Shown here: in pieces, positions 58,685 to 64,000 of the stretch
Layout: every line of letters begins with the position of its first letter
How positions within the stretch are numbered: the first letter of the stretch is position 1
Notes under the pieces: generated by a model
Seen by the model: the letters and a program-made list of their open reading frames with translations, nothing else
Databases searched by the model: none
Told to the model about the DNA's origin: nothing
Position numbers and translations under genes: made by a program
Assembly: GCA_040881175.1 (NCBI GenBank)
Contig: JBBEDS010000014.1
Span: 23,174 to 87,173, forward strand
Direction of reading: 5' to 3'
Length of the DNA stretch: 64,000 bases
DNA from: Minisyncoccota bacterium
Lineage (GTDB): Bacteria; Patescibacteriota; Minisyncoccia; 2-02-FULL-40-12; IGHO2-01-FULL-4-A

Positions 58685-60070
58685 ATGGTTAAGGTAACCA
58701 CTTTAGGCGGAAGCTCGGGTTTGAGAAGTATCGGCCCCAGCTGTTACGTGGTCGACATTGATGACAAAAGGATCATTGTCGATTGCGGTATTGAGCCAAC
58801 ATTACGGGGGTTCATTCCTCCGAATCTCGACTATCTGAGAGACGGCAAACTGATTGATGCGGTCTGCCTAACACACGGACACGTAGACCATATCGCTTAC
58901 ACTCCAGCCCTTATCCCTTTCATGAAGCCGGATGCGAAAGTATTCATGACTCCACAGACGGCTCAAACGTCATCGTACGTCATTGAAGAACAATTCAAAT
59001 TCGGCATCAGGGTCAAAGACCTTCCGTTCAGTATGCTCGACATGTTCGAGTTCGTTCAAGAAAGGATTTCGATTATTGAGAGGCCGGGGGTTATTGAAAT
59101 TCTGGATGGAATCAGCGCCTACGCCCATCCGGTCGGACATATTCCCGGAGCATGCGGTTTCATCTTCAAACTGCCTGATGGCCGCAAGATGATGATCTCT
59201 GGAGACATGAGCTGGCACAACCAGCCGACAGTCCTCGGTTATCAGCCCATGCCCGATGAGTGGAAGCCCGAAATTCTTGCAGGAATTGATCTGACCGGCG
59301 TAACGGTTGAGAAAAATCCGTCCTGGGAGCTTGAGGCTGACAGGATGGGCAGGGATGTCAGAGAGGTCATGGAAAATGGCGGCTCTGTAGCGATCGCAGC
59401 TTTTGCCAATAACAAGAGCCAATGCGTAGTGTCAGCTCTTCATCAAAGAGGGGTCACCTCATACATGGAGGAAGGATCTGCTGCTACCATTGCTCGCATT
59501 CTGAGTAGGAACAAATGGTCTGACAACGATGTTCTCTTTGACCTCGGTCAGCTTAAAATGATTGAGGACTTCCATCACCGGCGCTATCTAATGGGCCAGA
59601 AAGAGCCGAAAGTGGTAACTTCGCCTTCAGGCATGTGCATAGGCGGCCACATCAGAGAGTGGCTTGAGGTGATCCTGCCGGATCCCAACGCTGCTCTATT
59701 CTTTGCTGGATTTGTCGCCGAAGACAGCAACGGCGGGCGAATTATCAACGCCAAGGAACAAGGCAAAGAAGAGGTCACCCTTGTAGACAACAACGGCTTT
59801 GGCGGTGAAATGGAAACTTTGCCGCTCAGGTGCAGGATAGGGAAGTACAAGCTGACCTCTCATGGCGATGGTCAGAGCATCTTCAACTGGATCGAGCAGA
59901 TCGATCCGCAGATAATTAACCTGACCCACGGGACTCCGGCCGGTAAACTCTATGCGGCCTCGAGACTCCTCAAGAGGAACAGAAAGATCTTTATGAACGT
60001 CGGTCGCCACAAGGTGAGAACGACGAGGGAAATTAATATCAAAGTCCAGCAGTTTGCTCTGCAAACTTAG
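58685..60070 (+). CDS. MBL-fold beta-CASP ribonuclease
   Basis: VDCG, THGHVDH, GHIPGA, SGD, SGMCIGG, SHGD, THG. Confidence 0.9.
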   Translation: MVKVTTLGGSSGLRSIGPSCYVVDIDDKRIIVDCGIEPTLRGFIPPNLDYLRDGKLIDAVCLTHGHVDHIAYTPALIPFMKPDAKVFMTPQTAQTSSYVIEEQFKFGIRVKDLPFSMLDMFEFVQERISIIERPGVIEILDGISAYAHPVGHIPGACGFIFKLPDGRKMMISGDMSWHNQPTVLGYQPMPDEWKPEILAGIDLTGVTVEKNPSWELEADRMGRDVREVMENGGSVAIAAFANNKSQCVVSALHQRGVTSYMEEGSAATIARILSRNKWSDNDVLFDLGQLKMIEDFHHRRYLMGQKEPKVVTSPSGMCIGGHIREWLEVILPDPNAALFFAGFVAEDSNGGRIINAKEQGKEEVTLVDNNGFGGEMETLPLRCRIGKYKLTSHGDGQSIFNWIEQIDPQIINLTHGTPAGKLYAASRLLKRNRKIFMNVGRHKVRTTREINIKVQQFALQT

Positions 60071-60080
60071 GGAAAATAAA

Positions 60081-60108
60081 GGACGGCACTAAGTGCCGTC
60101 CGTTTTTT
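60081..60108. terminator. intrinsic terminator between convergent genes
   Basis: GGACGGCACT-A-AGTGCCGTCC-GTTTTTT. Confidence 0.8.
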
Positions 60109-60848
60109 TATTGATAAATAGGTGATAGGTCTTCAAGCAGAGATTCAATCGCTCTTTTCTCCGATGGGGAGACGAGGGCGTCCTCCGCTTCTAAAATATC
60201 GAGTTCTTCTTGAGACAGAGTTCTGAACTTTTCCACCAAGTCATCTCTGCCCATGTCCTGAAAGACTCGGAGTATGCCCTGATGGGAAGAATAGTGCCAT
60301 GGAGCTTCTTCGAGTATTTCTATGGCAAGCGGTTCCTTCTTGAGCAATAACAGAATTGCGATAATCCTAGCAAAAGAGCTGTGATATATCACTGGTACTG
60401 TTTCTCGCGTCAGAGGATCCTTTTTCCTGAATGGAAGCTTCCTCAAGTAGAACCAGCGGCAGTCTATGATCAACGGGTCAGATGTCTCGAAAGGATAGGG
60501 GCTGACCCCTCTGCCGTCTGCGAAGAATGTGTGAACCCCATAGCGTGATTCAGGATCCGGTTTTTCGAAGAAGACGACTTCATCATTTATCTTAATCTCT
60601 AAACCACGGACTTCCTCAAAGAACTCTCTTTCGGCCGTGGCCTGGGCAGGCTCTTCGAGATTGTTCTCATCCTGCATGCCTCCTGGCAGGCCCCAGCCGT
60701 GACCTTGAACGAATTCATTGCCGTCTTCCTTGTGGACTATCGAAGCCCGATGCTCAACTAAGACTACCTTCTCCTCACCGGCTTGGTGTAGGTCTATGGC
60801 AGCAACAAACGCGGAATGATGGATTGGGTTTCCTGATCCCATGGTCAT
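60108..60848 (-). CDS. NUDIX domain protein
   Basis: WGLPGGMQD...TAEREFFEEV; ATG at 60848 overlaps the upstream TGA. Confidence 0.8.
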   Translation of the reverse strand: MTMGSGNPIHHSAFVAAIDLHQAGEEKVVLVEHRASIVHKEDGNEFVQGHGWGLPGGMQDENNLEEPAQATAEREFFEEVRGLEIKINDEVVFFEKPDPESRYGVHTFFADGRGVSPYPFETSDPLIIDCRWFYLRKLPFRKKDPLTRETVPVIYHSSFARIIAILLLLKKEPLAIEILEEAPWHYSSHQGILRVFQDMGRDDLVEKFRTLSQEELDILEAEDALVSPSEKRAIESLLEDLSPIYQ

Positions 60849-61690
60849 CCACCCGCAGCTACTGGAATGGCAGAACGGACGCCGAGCACTCTTTGTCGCT
60901 CTTGGCTGTCGTTGAGAAGTCCTTCGAATTCGATTATGTCGCCGGCTTCTTTCATCGGAAAGTCTTCGCAGTCGAGGATCTGCCGCCAATGAAGGAAGGC
61001 AGGACCTTGAGCTGTTTGGACGAATCCCCACATGTTGCTCAGATTAAAGAAGATCACACGGCCAATGTTGCCGGATAATTCAAAGCCGTTCTTAGTTGCG
61101 ACAGTCTCTCCGGCGAATTTATCAAGAGTCTGGACATCCACCATCTCTTCAAGAAGATTATGAAGGTCAGACCAAGTACTGTAACCGGGGAATTCATTTT
61201 CCGATACATGTATCCGCCCATCCTTTCGATACATATTTGCGGAGTATGTCTTCTGGATCACCAGATGGTAGTTTGCCCGTTCTCCCATGATCAGGGTGAC
61301 GATTGAGATTTCCCAGAGCTCGAAGGTTCTGTCTTTGATGACCACAACCCTCAAGTTGTGGTTTTTCGGTTTCGTAGAATACGATTCCTCCATCGCGGAG
61401 ACAACCTCTTCCGTCGGGATCGTGCGCCGGTAGCTTGCGATATCGCTTTCCGGGGTCTCGTCTTTCTTGCTCGAGATCTTCTTGCTTTTTCCTTGAACGA
61501 CGATGACTCGAACACTATGCAGGCGAGGAGTGCGAACTTCCAGCTTGAAGTTCAGCTTTTCATCTCGAGGAAGCCAGAAGAAGAATCCATCATCTTCAGG
61601 ATTCAGCTTTCTGTCGAGGCCAGCTAAGTAAATCCCAACTTCTACGCCTCTGGCTGCCAGCTCATTAGATTCCGTTTGGTGGCTGTACAT
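60845..61690 (-). CDS. protein with C-terminal cold-shock (OB) domain
   Basis: GRVIFFNLSNMWGFV...AFLHWRQI (RNP1/RNP2-like), AGGAGG SD. Confidence 0.75.
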   Translation of the reverse strand: MYSHQTESNELAARGVEVGIYLAGLDRKLNPEDDGFFFWLPRDEKLNFKLEVRTPRLHSVRVIVVQGKSKKISSKKDETPESDIASYRRTIPTEEVVSAMEESYSTKPKNHNLRVVVIKDRTFELWEISIVTLIMGERANYHLVIQKTYSANMYRKDGRIHVSENEFPGYSTWSDLHNLLEEMVDVQTLDKFAGETVATKNGFELSGNIGRVIFFNLSNMWGFVQTAQGPAFLHWRQILDCEDFPMKEAGDIIEFEGLLNDSQERQRVLGVRSAIPVAAGG

Positions 61691-61860
61691 AGGGTTATCC
61701 CTCCTGTTGTATTTTCCTATTTACCTCATTGTTAATGGACTTTTGCCTATGAAAACTGGGGTTATAATAAAGTAATTATTGGTTTTGGTCAAGTTATGCT
61801 GACTTGACTTATAGGTAATTTATGTGGTATATTATTATGATAAGGAGGTTTTTAAAAACC

Positions 61861-62310
61861 ATGAAGAGTTTTACGGAAGTTCTTGAGCCGCCCACAGGTG
61901 GTTTCCTGAGTCTGCCCAAAGGCAAGGGTAGGCGACGCAGAAGTAGCGGTGGTCCCAATCGGTCCCCCCGTGTCCAAAAAAGCAGGGAGGACATTCGGGC
62001 CGAAGAAGCTGCGATGGCGGCCAGAAGCGTAATGCTGCCAATCGTGGTGGCGCGGGAGCTGGTGGCCGAGTACATGCCGTTGGCCGCCGTGCTTCTGCAG
62101 GAGCTGCACCGCCTCAATGAGCTGGAGAAGCTCGGAGCGGTGCTCGATCCGTTGCTGGACATTTCCGAGGAAGACAAGGAGGCGCTCATTCCGATGTGCT
62201 TCTGCCACATGATCGAGCTTGGGTTCGAGCAAGTGGAGAAGATGGTCGACGAAGGCAGGTGGGCTGCCGAGATCGAAAAGCAACTCCCCGTCTTCCGATC
62301 CACTCTTTAG
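61861..62310 (+). CDS. GC-rich hypothetical protein (orphan cassette)
   Basis: AAGGAGG before ATG 61861; promoter TTGACT...TATATT; terminator 62345-62380. Confidence 0.7.
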   Translation: MKSFTEVLEPPTGGFLSLPKGKGRRRRSSGGPNRSPRVQKSREDIRAEEAAMAARSVMLPIVVARELVAEYMPLAAVLLQELHRLNELEKLGAVLDPLLDISEEDKEALIPMCFCHMIELGFEQVEKMVDEGRWAAEIEKQLPVFRSTL

Positions 62311-62344
62311 CAGCTTTGACTGCGATTCTCTCCTCCTCCACACA

Positions 62345-62425
62345 GCCCGGGCGCGCAATATCGCCCGGGCCTCTTTTTTTACTTTTAATAAACAAAAAAC
62401 AGCGCCGAGTATTCGGTGCTGTTTT
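62345..62425. terminator. back-to-back intrinsic terminators
   Basis: GCCCGGGCG...CGCCCGGGC-CTCTTTTTTT (+) and AAAACAGCGCCGA..TCGGTGCTGTTTT (rpsA, -). Confidence 0.75.
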
Positions 62426-62437
62426 AGCTCCGTGTTT

Positions 62438-63577
62438 TTATTCGGTTTTTTCTTTCTGAAGAGTGAGTATCATCTTGTGTTCCTTCGAGTCGATTGATAC
62501 GATCGCTACCTTTATTTTATCTTCAAGTTTGAAATCTTCTCCCGGTTTCTTGTCTCCCAGTTCTGATACTGGGATAAGGCCGGTTATCTCTTCATCCAAT
62601 TTTACCAGCATTCCATAATTGGTCATTTTGGCAACCTCTCCTTCTACTTCCTGGCCGACGGAATATTTCTCTTCTATCTTTTGCCATGGGTCTTCCTTGA
62701 GTGCTTTAAGAGATAGAGAAATTTTACTACCATCGATATCTATGATCTTAGCTTTTACAATCTGACCGCTCTTTAGCACATCATGCGGACTTTCTATTAG
62801 CTTCCAATCTATTTCAGAAATATGTATCAACCCTTCTATTCTGGTTGAAGTCTGTCCTTCTGACACTCCCTTCTCGTCAGTAGCAGGGGGGTTAATAAGG
62901 GCAAAAGCACCGAAGTCCGTTACGTCTGTTATCTCAGCTTCGACGACATCTCCGATTGTGAATTTAGAGATCTCCTCTTTGATTTGCTCGTCATTGATAG
63001 CCTTTTCCGAAACAATCAGCTTGTTCTCGCTTTCAGAGAAATCAAGAATTTTAACTTTGATATCCTGATTACGGAATTTTTGTAGAGCCTGGACTATCTT
63101 TGTAGTGTCTCCACCATCTATTTTGGGGTAGTTCTCCGGCAGTAGCTGAGATAGAGGTAAGAATCCTTGGATCCCATTTATCTCAACCAGAAGGCCTCCT
63201 TTGTTTATGTTAACAACTTTGGTCTCTATGACTTCGCCGCTTTCTTTCTTGTTCCTAATATCCTGCCAGGCGGTGGTCATCTGGGCTCTCTTTAGAGACA
63301 GCTCGCGGTAACCGTCATCATTCTCTATCTCAAGCAAGATAGCCGAAACTTTTTGTCCGGCTTTCAAAGCTTTCTGTAAATTCGGGTTGTCATAGAACTC
63401 GCCGGGATAAACCGCGCCAGTTCCCAAGGAGCCCAGGTCGATCAAGACCGCATTTTTTCCGATACTAATAATTTCGCCGGTAAGAACCTGTCCGACCTTG
63501 GGCAGATCAAACTCGGCTTTTGCAAGAAGATCTTTCATCGAAAGATCAGAGTTTTCTAGTTGAATAGCATTTTCCAT
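62438..63577 (-). CDS. rpsA: 30S ribosomal protein S1 (four S1 domains)
   Basis: NKGGLLV..GFLPLSQ, DFGAF...GLIHISEI, ISLSLK; start uncertain (63577-63613). Confidence 0.93.
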   Translation of the reverse strand: MENAIQLENSDLSMKDLLAKAEFDLPKVGQVLTGEIISIGKNAVLIDLGSLGTGAVYPGEFYDNPNLQKALKAGQKVSAILLEIENDDGYRELSLKRAQMTTAWQDIRNKKESGEVIETKVVNINKGGLLVEINGIQGFLPLSQLLPENYPKIDGGDTTKIVQALQKFRNQDIKVKILDFSESENKLIVSEKAINDEQIKEEISKFTIGDVVEAEITDVTDFGAFALINPPATDEKGVSEGQTSTRIEGLIHISEIDWKLIESPHDVLKSGQIVKAKIIDIDGSKISLSLKALKEDPWQKIEEKYSVGQEVEGEVAKMTNYGMLVKLDEEITGLIPVSELGDKKPGEDFKLEDKIKVAIVSIDSKEHKMILTLQKEKTE

Positions 63578-63662
63578 GTGGCGAAGCATAACACCTTTCT
63601 TTATATCTGGCAACGCCTTTTAGGACATTGAATTTATACCCATTTTCTGGTAAAATTAGAGT

Positions 63663-64000
63663 ATGAATATCAACTGGTATGGACAATCATGTTTTCGTTT
63701 GGACAGCAAAGGCGTTAGCGTGCTTATCGACCCATTTTCTAAGGATATAGGTCTTCGCGCGCCACGATTGAATGACAGCATCTTTCTGGTCACCCATGAG
63801 CATGCCGATCATAACAATGTTAAAGATGTGCCGGCCGAGTCTTTTGTGATACGCGGACCTGGTGAGTACGAAAAGTCCGGGGTCTATGTAGAGGGCATGC
63901 TTTCTTTCCATGACAACAGTCAGGGAACGGAGAGAGGAATGAACACCATCTACATCATTAGGATGGAGGATATGAGACTTTGCCACATGGGAGATTTGGG
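63663..64000 (+). CDS. MBL-fold metallo-hydrolase, truncated by window edge
   Basis: Manual translation MNINWYGQSCF...LIDPF...VTHEHADHNN...GPGEYE. Confidence 0.88.
   Translation, partial: MNINWYGQSCFRLDSKGVSVLIDPFSKDIGLRAPRLNDSIFLVTHEHADHNNVKDVPAESFVIRGPGEYEKSGVYVEGMLSFHDNSQGTERGMNTIYIIRMEDMRLCHMGDL

Noticed and set aside
60849-61031. N-terminal 60 aa of the listed 307-aa NUDIX ORF
   Set aside because: Overlaps the upstream cold-shock domain; the ATGA-coupled start at 60848 is more plausible.
63687-63986. 99-aa minus-strand ORF
   Set aside because: Antisense to the MBL-fold gene starting at 63663.

Overview
This 64-kb window is a piece of a reduced-genome bacterial chromosome, almost certainly Patescibacteria/CPR (Parcubacteria-like). 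The call rests on short gene versions, split transketolase, a CPR-type VirB4/PrgI/VirB6 cluster, sortase, a tRNA-adjacent LAGLIDADG-like gene, and tRNA-Ile(TAT) and tRNA-Arg(TCG). It spans the replication origin (jag-yidC-yidD-rnpA-rpmH / dnaA-oriC-dnaN) and carries housekeeping genes (rnhB, gap, tkt, pcrA, rsmA, PBP1A, tyrS, ruvC, yebC, ruvB, pilB-like ATPase, nusA, tig, iscS, rplS, ftsH, rpsA) and 10 tRNAs. The most unusual signal is two expression grammars. Core genes lack Shine-Dalgarno (SD) sites and often look leaderless. About nine scattered orphan genes, several GC-rich, sit in mostly self-contained cassettes (sigma70 promoter, often a hairpin, boxA-like motif, strong GGAGG/GAGGTG, ORF, terminator). 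They encode regulator-like products: an ECF sigma factor, a frameshifted zinc anti-sigma-like protein, UVR/SHOCT, cold-shock and NUDIX proteins, and a beta-CASP nuclease. Also noted: two promoter-driven candidate ncRNAs, a 38-aa acidic peptide, and two single-base frameshifts that may be assembly errors. All calls are by eye; no database searches were run.
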